From Auanema rhodensis (taxonomy: Eukaryota > Animalia > Nematoda), in contig CAXKVF010000088.1 in assembly GCA_964057225.1 (NCBI GenBank), positions 1 to 64,000 on the forward strand: a stretch of DNA of 64,000 nucleotides. Reading direction: 5' to 3'. Position 1 is the stretch's first letter. Each line of letters begins with the position of its first letter. A program made the position numbers and the translations under genes. Of the stretch, positions 42,556 to 57,500 are shown piece by piece. The notes below the pieces were generated by a model. It saw nothing but the letters and a program-made list of their open reading frames with translations, was not told the DNA's origin and did no database searches.

Positions 42556-45500
42556 GTGAAGCGAGTTACATACCAAGTGCACATCACGTGTACATTTAAT
42601 TAGCATAAATTAAAGTTCAAGTAAATTTCAAAGTCATGGTTACCATGAACCAATATCAATAAAAATTTGTTTTTAGACTAATATGGACATGGGGAATCTA
42701 ATTTTGAAAACCGCATCTCTTTATCTTTCACGTGAAGCGAGTTACATACCAAGTGCACATCACGTGTACATTTAATTAGCATAAATTAAAGTTCACGTAA
42801 ATTTCAAAGTCATGGTTACCATGAACCAATATCAATAAAAATTTGTTTTTAGACTAATATGGACATGGGGAATCTAATTTTGAAAACCGCATCTCTTTAT
42901 CTTTCACGTGAAGCGAGTTACATACCAAGTGCACATCACGTGTACATTTAATTAGCATAAATTAAAGTTCACGTAAATTTCAAAGTCATGGTTACCATGA
43001 ACCAATATCAATAAAAATTTGTTTTTAGACTAATATGGACATGGGGAATCTAATTTTGAAAACCGCATCTCTTTATCTTTCACGTGAAGCGAGTTACATA
43101 CCAAGTGCACATCACGTGTACATTTAATTAGCATAAATTAAAGTTCACGTAAATTTCATAGTCATGGTTACCATGAACCAATATCAATAAAAATTTGTTT
43201 TTAGACTAATATGGACATGGGGAATCTAATTTTGAAAACCGCATCTCTTCATCTTTCACGTGAAGCGAGTTACATACCAAGTGCACATCACGTGTACATT
43301 TAATTAGCATAAATTAAAGTTCACGTAAATTTCAAAGTCATGGTTACCATGAACCAATATCAATAAAAATTTGTTTTTAGACTAATATGGACTTGGGGAA
43401 TCTAATTTTGAAAACCGCATCTCTTTATCTTTCACGTGAAGCGAGTTACATACCAAGTGCACATCACGTGTACATTTAATTAGCATAAATTAAAGTTCAC
43501 GTAAAATTCAAAGTCATGGTTACCATGCACCAATATCAATAAAAATTTGTTTTTAGACTAATATGGACATGGGGAATCTAATTTTGAAAACCGCATCTCT
43601 TTATCTTTCACGTGAAGCGAGTTACATACCAAGTGCACATCACGTGTACATTTAATTAGCATAAATTAAAGTTCACGTAAAATTCAAAGTCATGGTTACC
43701 ATGCACCAATATCAATAAAAATTTGTTTTTAGACTAATATGGACATGGGGAATCTAATTTTGAAAACCGCATCTCTTTATCTTTCACGTGAAGCGAGTTA
43801 CATACCAAGTGCACATCACGTGTACATTTAATTAGCATAAATTAAAGTTCACGTAAATTTCAAAGTCATGGTTACCATGAACCAATATCAATAAAAATTT
43901 GTTTTTAGACTAATATGGACTTGGGGAATCTAATTTTGAAAACCGCATCTCTTTATCTTTCACGTGAAGCGAGTTACATACCAAGTGCACATCACGTGTA
44001 CATTTAATTAGCATAAATTAAAGTTCACGTAAAATTCAAAGTCATGGTTACCATGCACCAATATCAATAAAAATTTGTTTTTAGACTAATATGGACATGG
44101 GGAATCTAATTTTGAAAACCGCATCTCTTTATCTTTCACGTGAAGCGAGTTACATACCAAGTGCACATCACGTGTACATTTAATTAGCATAAATTAAAGT
44201 TCACGTAAAATTCAAAGTCATGGTTACCATGCACCAATATCAATAAAAATTTGTTTTTAGACTAATATGGACATGGGGAATCTAATTTTGAAAACCGCAT
44301 CTCTTCATCTTTCACGTGAAGCGAGTTACATACCAAGTGCACATCACGTGTACATTTAATTAGCATAAATTAAAGTTCACGTAAATTTCAAAGTCATGGT
44401 TACCATGAACCAATATCAATAAAAATTTGTTTTTAGACTAATATGGACATGGGGAATCTAATTTTGAAAACCGCATCTCTTTATCTTTCACGTGAAGCGA
44501 GTTACATACCAAGTGCACATCACGTGTACATTTAATTAGCATAAATTAAAGTTCACGTAAATTTCAAAGTCATGGTTACCATGAACCAATATCAATAAAA
44601 ATTTGTTTTTAGACTAATATGGACATGGGGAATCTAATTTTGAAAACCGCATCTCTTTATCTTTCACGTGAAGCGAGTTACATACCAAGTGCACATCACG
44701 TGTACATTTAATTAGCATAAATTAAAGTTCACGTAAAATTCAAAGTCATGGTTACCATGCACCAATATCAATAAAAATTTGTTTGTAGACTAATATGGAC
44801 ATGGGGAATCTAATTTTGAAAACCGCATCTCTTTATCTTTCACGTGAAGCGAGTTACATACCAAGTGCACATCACGTGTACATTTAATTAGCATAAATTA
44901 AAGTTCACGTAAATTTCAAAGTCATGGTTACCATGCACCAATATCAATAAAAATTTGTTTTTAGACTAATATGGACATGGGGAATCTAATTTTGGAAACC
45001 GCATCTCTTTATCTTTCACGTGAAGCGAGTTACATACCAAGTGCACATCACGTGTACATTTAATTAGCATAAATTAAAGTTCACGTAAATTTCAAAGTCA
45101 TGGTTACCATGAAGCAATATCAATAAAAATTAGTTTTTAGACTAATATGGACATGGGGAATCTAATTTTGAAAACCGCATCTCTTTATCTTTCACGTGAA
45201 GCGAGTTACATACCAAGTGCACATCACGTGTACATTTAATTAGCATAAATTAAAGTTCACGTAAATTTCAAAGTCATGGTTACCATGAAGCAATATCAAT
45301 AAAAATTTGTTTTTAGACTAATATGGACATGGGGAATCTAATTTTGAAAACCGCATCTCTTTATCTTTCACGTGAAGCGAGTTACATACCAAGTGCACAT
45401 CACGTGTACATTTAATTAGCATAAATTAAAGTTCACGTAAATTTCAAAGTCATGGTTACCATGAAGCAATATCAATAAAAATTTGTTTTTAGACTAATAT

Positions 45501-48500
45501 GGACATGGGGAATCTAATTTTGAAAACCGCATCTCTTTATCTTTCACGTGAAGCGAGTTACATACCAAGTGCCCATCACGTGTACATTTAATTAGCATAA
45601 ATTAAAGTTCACGTAAATTTCAAAGTCATGGTTACCATGAAGCAATATCAATAAAAATTTGTTTTTAGACTAATATGGACATGGGGAATCTAATTTTGAA
45701 AACCGCATCTCTTTATCTTTCACGTGAAGCGAGTTACATACCAAGTGCACATCACGTGTACATTTAATTAGCATAAATTAAAGTTCACGTAAATTTCAAA
45801 GTCATGGTTACCATGAACCAATATCAATAAAAATTTGTTTTTAGACTAATATGGACATGGGGAATCTAATTTTGAAAACCGCATCTCTTTATCTTTCACG
45901 TGAAGCGAGTTACATACCAAGTGCACATCACGTGTACATTTAATTAGCATGAATTAAAGTTCACGTAAATTTCAAAGTCATGGTTACCATGCACCAATAT
46001 CAATAAAAATTTGTTTTTAGACTAATATGGACATGGGGAATCTAATTTTGAAAACCGCATCTCTTTATCTTTCACGTGAAGCGAGTTACATACCAAGTGC
46101 ACATCACGCGTACATTTAATTAGCATAAATTAAAGTTCACGTAAATTTCAAAGTCATGGTTACCATGCACCAATATCAATAAAAATTTGTTTTTAGACTA
46201 ATATGGACATGGGGGATCTAATTTTGAAAACCGCATCTCTTTATCTTTCACGTGAAGCGAGTTACATACCAAGTGCACATCACGTGTACATTTAATTAGC
46301 ATAAATTAAAGTTCACGTAAATTTCAAAGTCATGGTTACCATGAAGCAATATCAATAAAAATTTGTTTTTAGACTAATATGGACATGGGGAATCTAATTT
46401 TGAAAACCGCATCTCTTTATCTTTCACGTGAAGCGAGTTACATACCAAGTGCACATCACGTGTACATTTAATTAGCATAAATTAAAGTTCACGTAAATTT
46501 CAAAGTCATGGTTACCATGAACCAATATCAATAAAAATTTGTTTTTAGACTAATATGGACATGGGGAATCTAATTTTGAAAACCGCATCTCTTTATCTTT
46601 CATGTGAAGCGAGTTACATACCAAGTGCACATCACGTGTACATTTAATTAGCATAAATTAAAGTTCACGTAAATTTCAAAGTCATGGTTACCATGAACCA
46701 ATATCAATAAAAATTTGTTTTTAGACTAATATGGACATGGGGAATCTAATTTTGAAAACCGCATCTCTTTATCTTTCACGTGAAGCGAGTTACATACCAA
46801 GTGCACATCACGTGTACATTTAATTAGCATAAATTAAAGTTCACGTAAATTTCAAAGTCATGGTTACCATGAAGCAATATCAATAAAAATTTGTTTTTAG
46901 ACTAATATGGACATGGGGAATCTAATTTTGAAAACCGCATCTCTTTATCTTTCACGTGAAGCGAGTTACATACCAAGTGCCCATCACGTGTACATTTAAT
47001 TAGCATAAATTAAAGTTCACGTAAATTTCAAAGTCATGGTTACCATGAAGCAATATCAATAAAAATTTGTTTTTAGACTAATATGGACATGGGGAATCTA
47101 ATTTTGAAAACCGCATCTCTTTATCTTTCACGTGAAGCGAGTTACATACCAAGTGCACATCACGTGTACATTTAATTAGCATAAATTAAAGTTCACGTAA
47201 ATTTCAAAGTCATGGTTACCATGAAGCAATATCAATAAAAATTTGTTTTTAGACTAATATGGACATGGGGAATCTAATTTCGAAAACCGCATCTCTTTAT
47301 CTTTCACGTGAAGCGAGTTACATACCAAGTGCACATCACGTGTACATTTAATTAGCATAAATTAAAGTTCACGTAAATTTCAAAGTCATGGTTACCATGA
47401 ACCAATATCAATAAAAATTTGTTTTTAGACTAATATGGACATGGGGAATCTAAATTTGAAAACCGCATCTCTTTATCTTTCACGTGAAGCGAGTTACATA
47501 CCAAGTGCACATCACGTGTACATTTAATTAGCATGAATTAAAGTTCACGTAAATTTCAAAGTCATGGTTACCATGCACCAATATCAATAAAAATTTGTTT
47601 TTAGACTAATATGGACATGGGGGATCTAATTTTGAAAACCGCATCTCTTTATCTTTCACGTGAAGCGAGTTACATACCAAGTGCACATCACGTGTACATT
47701 TAATTAGCATAAATTAAAGTTCACGTAAATTTCAAAGTCATGGTTACCATGCACCAATATCAATAAAAATTTGTTTTTAGACTAATATGGACATGGGGGA
47801 TCTAATTTTGAAAACCGCATCTCTTTATCTTTCACGTGAAGCGAGTTACATACCAAGTGCACATCACGTGTACATTTAATTAGCATAAATTAAAGTTCAC
47901 GTAAATTTCAAAGTCATGGTTACCATGAAGCAATATCAATAAAAATTTGTTTTTAGACTAATATGGACATGGGGAATCTAATTTTGAAAACCGCATCTCT
48001 TTATCTTTCACGTGAAGCGAGTTACATACCAAGTGCACATCACGTGTACATTTAATTAGCATAAATTAAAGTTCACGTAAATTTCAAAGTCATGGTTACC
48101 ATGAAGCAATATCAATAAAAATTTGTTTTTAGACTAATATGGACATGGGGAATCTAAATTTGAAAACCGCATCTCTTTATCTTTCACGTGAAGCGAGTTA
48201 CATACCAAGTGCACATCACGTGTACATTTAATTAGCATGAATTAAAGTTCACGTAAATTTCAAAGTCATGGTTACCATGCACCAATATCAATAAAAATTT
48301 GTTTTTAGACTAATATGGACATGGGGAATCTAATTTTGAAAACCGCATCTCTTTATCTTTCACGTGAAGCGAGTTACATACCAAGTGCTCATCACGTGTA
48401 CATTTAATTAGCATAAATTAAAGTTCACGTAAATTTCAAAGTCATGGTTACCATGCACCAATATCAATAAAAATTTGTTTTTAGACTAATATGGACATGG

Positions 48501-51500
48501 GGGATCTAATTTTGAAAACCGCATCTCTTTATCTTTCACGTGAAGCGAGTTACATACCAAGTGCACATCACGTGTACATTTAATTAGCATAAATTAAAGT
48601 TCACGTAAATTTCAAAGTCATGGTTACCATGAAGCAATATCAATAAAAATTTGTTTTTAGACTAATATGGACATGGGGAATCTAATTTTGAAAACCGCAT
48701 CTCTTTATCTTTCACGTGAAGCGAGTTACATACCAAGTGCACATCACGTGTACATTTAATTAGCATAAATTAAAGTTCACGTAAATTTCAAAGTCATGGT
48801 TACCATGAACCAATATCAATAAAAATTTGTTTTTAGACTAATATGGACATGGGGAATCTAATTTTGAAAACCGCATCTCTTTATCTTTCATGTGAAGCGA
48901 GTTACATACCAAGTGCACATCACGTGTACATTTAATTAGCATAAATTAAAGTTCACGTAAATTTCAAAGTCATGGTTACCATGAACCAATATCAATAAAA
49001 ATTTGTTTTTAGACTAATATGGACATGGGGAATCTATTTTTGAAAACCGCATCTCTTTATCTTTCACGTGAACCGAGTTACATACCAAGTGCACATCACG
49101 TGTACATTTAATTAGCATAAATTAAAGTTCACGTAAATTTCAAAGTCATGGTTACCATGAAGCAATATCAATAAAAATTTGTTTTTAGACTAATATGGAC
49201 ATGGGGAATCTAATTTTGAAAACCGCATCTCTTTATCTTTCACGTGAAGCGAGTTACATACCAAGTGCACATCCCGTGTACATTTAATTAGCATAAATTA
49301 AAGTTCACGTAAATTTCAAAGTCATGGTTACCATGAAGCAATATCAATAAAAATTTGTTTTTAGACTAATATGGACATGGGGAATCTAATTTTGAAAACC
49401 GCATCTCTTTATCTTTCACGTGAAGCGAGTTACATACCAAGTGCACATCACGTGTACATTTAATTAGCATAAATTAAAGTTCACGTAAATTTCAAAGTCA
49501 TGGTTACCATGAAGCAATATCAATAAAAATATGTTTTTAGACTAATATGGACATGGGGAATCTAATTTTGAAAACCGCATCTCTTTATCTTTCACGTGAA
49601 GCGAGTCACATACCAAGTGCACATCACGTGTACATTTAATTAGCATAAATTAAAGTTCACGTAAATTTCAAAGTCATGGTTACCATGCACCAATATCAAT
49701 AAAAATTTGTTTTTAGACTAATATGGACATGGGGAATCTAATTTTGAAAACCGCATCTCTTTATCTTTCACGTGAAGCGAGTTACATACCAAGTGCACAT
49801 CACGTGTACATTTAATTAGCATAAATTAAAGTTCACGTAAATTTCAAAGTCATGGTTACCATGAAGCAATATCAATAAAAATATGTTTTTAGACTAATAT
49901 GGACATGGGGAATCTAATTTCGAAAACCGCATCTCTTTATCTTTCACGTGAAGCGAGTTACATACCAAGTGCACATCACGTGTACATTTAATTAGCATAA
50001 ATTAAAGTTCACGTAAATTTCAAAGTCATGGTTACCATGAAGCAATATCAATAAAAATTTGTTTTTAGACTAATATGGACATGGGGAATCTAATTTTGAA
50101 AACCGCATCTCTTTATCTTTCACGTGAAGCGAGTTACATACCAAGTGCACATCACGTGTACATTTAATTAGCATAAATTAAAGTTCACGTAAATTTCAAA
50201 GTCATGGTTACCATGAAGCAATATCAATAAAAATTTGTTTTTAGACTAATATGGACATGGGGAATCTAATTTTGAAAACCGCATCTCTTTATCTTTCACG
50301 TGAAGCGAGTTACATACCAAGTGCACATCACGTGTACATTTAATTAGCATAAATTAAAGTTCACGTAAATTTCAAAGTCATGGTTACCATGAACCAATAT
50401 CAATAAAAATTTGTTTTTAGACTAATATGGACATGGGGAATCTAATTTTGAAAACCGCATCTCTTTATCTTTTATGTGAAGCGAGTTACATACCAAGTGC
50501 ACATCACGTGTACATTTAATTAGCATAAATTAAAGTTCACGTAAATTTCAAAGTCATGGTTACCATGCACCAATATCAATAAAAATTTGTTTTTAGACTA
50601 ATATGGACATGGGGAATCTAATTTTGAAAACCGCATCTCTTTATCTTTCACGTGAAGCGAGTTACATACCAAGTGCACATCACGTGTACATTTAATTAGC
50701 ATAAATTAAAGTTCACGTAAATTTCAAAGTCATGGTTACCATGAACCAATATCAATAAAAATTTGTTTTTAGACTAATATGGACATGTGGAATCTAATTT
50801 TGAAAACCGCATCTCTTTATCTTTCACGTGAAGCGAGTTACATACCAAGTGCACATCACGTGTACATTTAATAAGCATAAATTAAAGTTCACGTAAATTT
50901 CAAAGTCATGGTTACCATGAAGCAATATCAATAAAAATTTGTTTTTAGACTAATATGGACATGGGGAATCTAATTTTGAAAACCGCATCTCTTTATCTTT
51001 CACGTGAAGCGAGTTACATACCAAGTGCACATCACGTGTACATTTAATTAGCATAAATTAAAGTTCACGTAAATTTCAAAGTCATGGTTACCATGAACCA
51101 ATATCAATAAAAATTTGTTTTTAGACTAATATGGACATGGGGAATCTAATTTTGAAAACCGCATCTCTTTATCTTTTATGTGAAGCGAGTTACATACCAA
51201 GTGCACATCACGTGTACATTTAATTAGCATAAATTAAAGTTCACGTAAATTTCAAAGTCATGGTTACCATGCACCAATATCAATAAAAATTTGTTTTTAG
51301 ACTAATATGGACATGGGGAATCTAATTTTGAAAACCGCATCTCTTTATCTTTCACGTGAAGCGAGTTACATACCAAGTGCACATTACGTGTACATTTAAT
51401 TAGCATAAATTAAAGTTCACGTAAATTTCAAAGTCATGGTTACCATGAACCAATATCAATAAAAATTTGTTTTTAGACTAATATGGACATGGGGAATCTA

Positions 51501-54500
51501 ATTTTGAAAACCGCATCTCTTTATCTTTCACGTGAAGCGAGTTACATACCAAGTGCACATCACGTGTACATTTAATTAGCATAAATTAAAGTTCACGTAA
51601 ATTTCAAAGTCATGGTTACCATGCACCAATATCAATAAAAATTTGTTTTTAGACTAATATGGACATGGGGAATCTAATTTTGAAAACCGCATCTCTTTAT
51701 CTTTCACGTGAAGCGAGTTACATACCAAGTGCACATCACGTGTACATTTAATTAGCATAAATTAAAGTTCACGTAAATTTCAAAGTCATGGTTACCATGC
51801 ACCAATATCAATAAAAATTTGTTTTTAGACTAATATGGACATGGGGAATCTAATTTTGAAAACCGCATCTCTTTATCTTTCACGTGAAGCGAGTTACATA
51901 CCAAGTGCACATCACGTGTACATTTAATTAGCATAAATTAAAGTTCACGTAAATTTCAAAGTCATGGTTACCATGCACCAATATCAATAAAAATTTGTTT
52001 TTAGACTAATATGGACATGGGGAATCTAATTTTGAAAACCGCATCTCTTTATCTTTCACGTGAAGCGAGTTACATACCAAGTGCACATCACGTGTACATT
52101 TAATTAGCATAAATTAAAGTTCACGTAAATTTCAAAGTCATGGTTACCATGAAGCAATATCAATAAAAATTTGTTTTTAGACTAATATGGACATGGGGAA
52201 TCTAATTTTGAAAACCGCATCTCTTTATCTTTCACGTGAAGCGAGTTACATACCAAGTGCACATCACGTGTACATTTAATTAGCATAAATTAAAGTTCAC
52301 GTAAATTTCAAAGTCATGGTTACCATGAAGCAATATCAATAAAAATTTGTTTTTAGACTAATATGGACATGGGGAATCTAATTCTGAAAACCGCATCTCT
52401 TTATCTTTCACGTGAAGCGAGTTACATACCAAGTGCACATTACGTGTACATTTAATTAGCATAAATTAAAGTTCACGTAAAATTCAAAGTCATGGTTACC
52501 ATGCACCAATATCAATAAAAATTTGTTTTTAGACTAATATGGACATGGGGAATCTAATTTTGAAAACCGCATCTCTTTATCTTTCACGTGAAGCGAGTTA
52601 CATACCAAGTGCACATCACGTGTACATTTAATTAGCATAAATTAAAGTTCACGTAAATTTCAAAGTCATGGTTACCATGAAGCAATATCAATAAAAATTT
52701 GTTTTTAGACTAATATGGACATGGGGAATCTAATTCTGAAAACCGCATCTCTTTATCTTTCACGTGAAGCGAGTTACATACCAAGTGCACATTACGTGTA
52801 CATTTAATTAGCATAAATTAAAGTTCACGTAAAATTCAAAGTCATGGTTACCATGCACCAATATCAATAAAAATTTGTTTTTAGACTAATATGGACATGG
52901 GGAATCTAATTTTGAAAACCGCATCTCTTTATCTTTCACGTGAAGCGAGTTACATACCAAGTGCACATCACGTGTACATTTAATTAGCATAAATTAAAGT
53001 TCACGTAAATTTCAAAGTCATGGTTACCATGAACCAATATCAATAAAAATTTGTTTTTAGACTAATATGGACATGGGGAATCTAATTTTGAAAACCGCAT
53101 CTCTTTATCTTTCACGTGAAGCGAGTTACATACCAAGTGCACATCACGTGTACATTTAATTAGCATAAATTAAAGTTCACGTAAATTTCAAAGTCATGGT
53201 TACCATGAACCAATATCAATACAAATTTGTTTTTAGACTAATATGGACATGGGGAATCTAATTTTGAAAACCGCATCTCTTTATCTTTCACGTGAAGCGA
53301 GTTACATACCAAGTGCACATTACGTGTACATTTAATTAGCATAAATTAAAGTTCACGTAAAATTCAAAGTCATGGTTACCATGCACCAATATCAATAAAA
53401 ATTTGTTTTTAGACTAATATGGACATGGGGAATCTAATTTTGAAAACCGCATCTCTTCATCTTTCACGTGAAGCGAGTTACATACCAAGTGCACATCACG
53501 TGTACATTTAATTAGCATAAATTAAAGTTCACGTAAATTTCAAAGTCATGGTTACCATGCACCAATATCAATAAAAATTTGTTTTTAGACTAATATGGAC
53601 ATGGGGAATCTAATTTTGAAAACCGCATCTCTTTATCTTTCACGTGAAGCGAGTTACATACCAAGTGCACATCACGTGTACATTTAATTAGCATAAATTA
53701 AAGTTCACGTAAATTTCAAAGTCATGGTTACCATGAACCAATATCAATACAAATTTGTTTTTAGACTAATATGGACATGGGGAATCTAATTTTGAAAACC
53801 GCATCTCTTCATCTTTCACGTGAAGCGAGTTACATACCAAGTGCACATCACGTGTACATTTAATTAGCATAAATTAAAGTTCACGTAAATTTCAAAGTCA
53901 TGGTTACCATGAAGCAATATCAATAAAAATTTGTTTTTAGACTAATATGGACATGGGGAATCTAATTTTGAAAACCGCATCTCTTTATCTTTCACGTGAA
54001 GCGAGTTACATACCAAGTGCACATCACGTGTACATTTAATTAGCATAAATTAAAGTTCACGTAAATTTCAAAGTCATGGTTACCATGAACCAATATCAAT
54101 AAAAATTTGTTTTTAGACTAATATGGACATGGGGAATCTAATTTTGAAAACCGCATCTCTTTATCTTTCACGTGAAGCGAGTTACATACCAAGTGCACAT
54201 CACGTGTACATTTAATTAGCATAAATTAAAGTTCACGTAAAATTCAAAGTCATGGTTACCATGCACCAATATCAATAAAAATTTGTTTTTAGACTAATAT
54301 GGACATGGGGAATCTAATTTTGAAAACCGCATCTCTTTATCTTTTACGTGAAGCGAGTTACATACCAAGTGCACATCACGTATACATTTAATTAGCATAA
54401 ATTAAAGTTCACGTAAATTTCAAAGTCATGGTTACCATGAACCAATATCAATAAAAATTTGTTTTTAGACTAATATGGACATGGGGAATCTAATTTTGAA

Positions 54501-57500
54501 AACCGCATCTCTTTATCTTTCACGTGAAGCGAGTTACATACCAAGTGCACATCACGTGTACATTTAATCAGCATAAATTAAAGTTCACGTAAATTTCAAA
54601 GTCATGGTTACCATGCACCAATATCAATAAAAATTTGTTTTTAGACTAATATGGACATGGGGAATCTAATTTTGAAAACCGCATCTCTTTATCTTTCACG
54701 TGAAGCGAGTTACATACCAAGTGCACATCACGTGTACATTTAATTAGCATAAATTAAAGTTCACGTAAATTTCAAAGTCATGGTTACCATGAACCAATAT
54801 CAATAAAAATTTGTTTTTAGACTAATATGGACATGGGGAATCTAATTTTGAAAACCGCATCTCTTTATCTTTCACGTGAAGCGAGTTACATACCAAGTGC
54901 ACATCACGTGTACATTTAATTAGCATAAATTAAAGTTCACGTAAATTTCAAAGTCATGGTTACCATGAAGCAATATCAATAAAAATTTGTTTTTAGACTA
55001 ATATGGACATGGGGAATCTAATTTTGAAAACCGCATCTCTTCATCTTTCACGTGAAGCGAGTTACATACCAAGTGCACATCACGTGTACATTTAATTAGC
55101 ATAAATTAAAGTTCACGTAAATTTCAAAGTCATGGTTACCATGAACCAATATCAATAAAAATTTGTTTTTAGACTAATATGGACATGGGGAATCTAATTT
55201 TGAAAACCGCATCTCTTTATCTTTCACGTGAAGCGAGTTACATACCAAGTGCACATCACGTGTACATTTAATTCGCATAAATTAAAGTTCACGTAAATTT
55301 CAAAGTCATGGTTACCATGCACCAATATCAATAAAAATTTGTTTTTAGACTAATATGGACATGGGGAATCTAATTTTGAAAACCGCATCTCTTTATCTTT
55401 TACGTGAAGCGAGTTACATACCAAGTGCACATCACGTGTACATTTAATTAGCATAAATTAAAGTTCACGTAAATTTCAAAGTCATGGTTACCATGAACCA
55501 ATATCAATAAAAATTTGTTTTTAGACTAATATGGACATGGGGAATCTAATTTTGAAAACCGCATCTCTTTATCTTTCACGTGAAGCGAGTTACATACCAA
55601 GTGCACATCACGTGTACATTTAATTCAGCATAAATTAAAGTTCACGTAAATTTCAAAGTCATGGTTACCATGCACCAATATCAATAAAAATTTGTTTTTA
55701 GACTAATATGGACATGGGGAATCTAATTTTGAAAACCGCATCTCTTTATCTTTCACGTGAAGCGAGTTACATACCAAGTGCACATCACGTGTACATTTAA
55801 TTAGCATAAATTAAAGTTCACGTAAATTTCAAAGTCATGGTTACCATGAACCAATATCAATAAAAATTTGTTTTTAGACTAATATGGACATGGGGAATCT
55901 AATTTTGAAAACCGCATCTCTTTATCTTTCACGTGAAGCGAGTTACATACCAAGTGCACATCACGTGTACATTTAATTAGCATAAATTAAAGTTCACGTA
56001 AATTTCAAAGTCATGGTTACCATGCACCAATATCAATAAAAATTTGTTTTTAGACTAATATGGACATGGGGAATCTAATTTTGAAAACCGCATCTCTTTA
56101 TCTTTCACGTGAAGCGAGTTACATACCAAGTGCACATCACGTGTACATTTAATTAGCATAAATTAAAGTTCACGTAAATTTCAAAGTCATGGTTACCATG
56201 AACCAATATCAATAAAAATTTGTTTTTAGACTAATATGGACATGGGGAATCTAATTTTGAAAACCGCATCTCTTTATCTTTCACGTGAAGCGAGTTACAT
56301 ACCAAGTGCACATCACGTGTACATTTAATCAGCATAAATTAAAGTTCACGTAAATTTCAAAGTCATGGTTACCATGCACCAATATCAATAAAAATTTGTT
56401 TTTAGACTAATATGGACATGGGGATCTAATTTTGAAAACCGCATCTCTTTATCTTTCACGTGAAGCGAGTTACATACCAAGTGCACATCACGTGTACATT
56501 TAATTAGCATAAATTAAAGTTCACGTAAATTTCAAAGTCATGGTTACCATGAACCAATATCAATAAAAATTTGTTTTTAGACTAATATGGACATGGGGAA
56601 TCTAATTTTGAAAACCGCATCTCTTTATCTTTCACGTGAAGCGAGTTACATACCAAGTGCACATCACGTGTACATTTAATTAGCATAAATTAAAGTTCAC
56701 GTAAATTTCAAAGTCATGGTTACCATGCACCAATATCAATAAAAATTTGTTTTTAGACTAATATGGACATGGGGAATCTAATTTTGAAAACCGCATCTCT
56801 TTATCTTTCACGTGAAGCGAGTTACATACCAAGTGCACATCACGTGTACATTTAATTAGCATAAATTAAAGTTCACGTAAATTTCAAAGTCATGGTTACC
56901 ATGCACCAATATCAATAAAAATTTGTTTTTAGACTAATATGGACATGGGGAATCTAATTTTGAAAACCGCATCTCTTTATCTTTCACGTGAAGCGAGTTA
57001 CATACCAAGTGCACATCACGTGTACATTTAATTAGCATAAATTAAAGTTCACGTAAATTTCAAAGTCATGGTTACCATGCACCAATATCAATAAAAATTT
57101 GTTTTTAGACTAATATGGACATGGGGGAATCTAATTTTGAAAACCGCATCTCTTTATCTTTCACGTGAAGCGAGTTACATACCAAGTGCACATCACGTGT
57201 ACATTTAATTAGCATAAATTAAAGTTCACGTAAATTTCAAAGTCATGGTTACCATGCACCAATATCAATAAAAATTTGTTTTTAGACTAATATGGACATG
57301 GGGAATCTAATTTTGAAAACCGCATCTCTTTATCTTTCACGTGAAGCGAGTTACATACCAAGTGCACATCACGTGTACATTTAATTAGCATAAATTAAAG
57401 TTCACGTAAATTTCAAAGTCATGGTTACCATGCACCAATATCAATAAAAATTTGTTTTTAGACTAATATGGACATGGGGAATCTAATTTTGAAAACCGCA

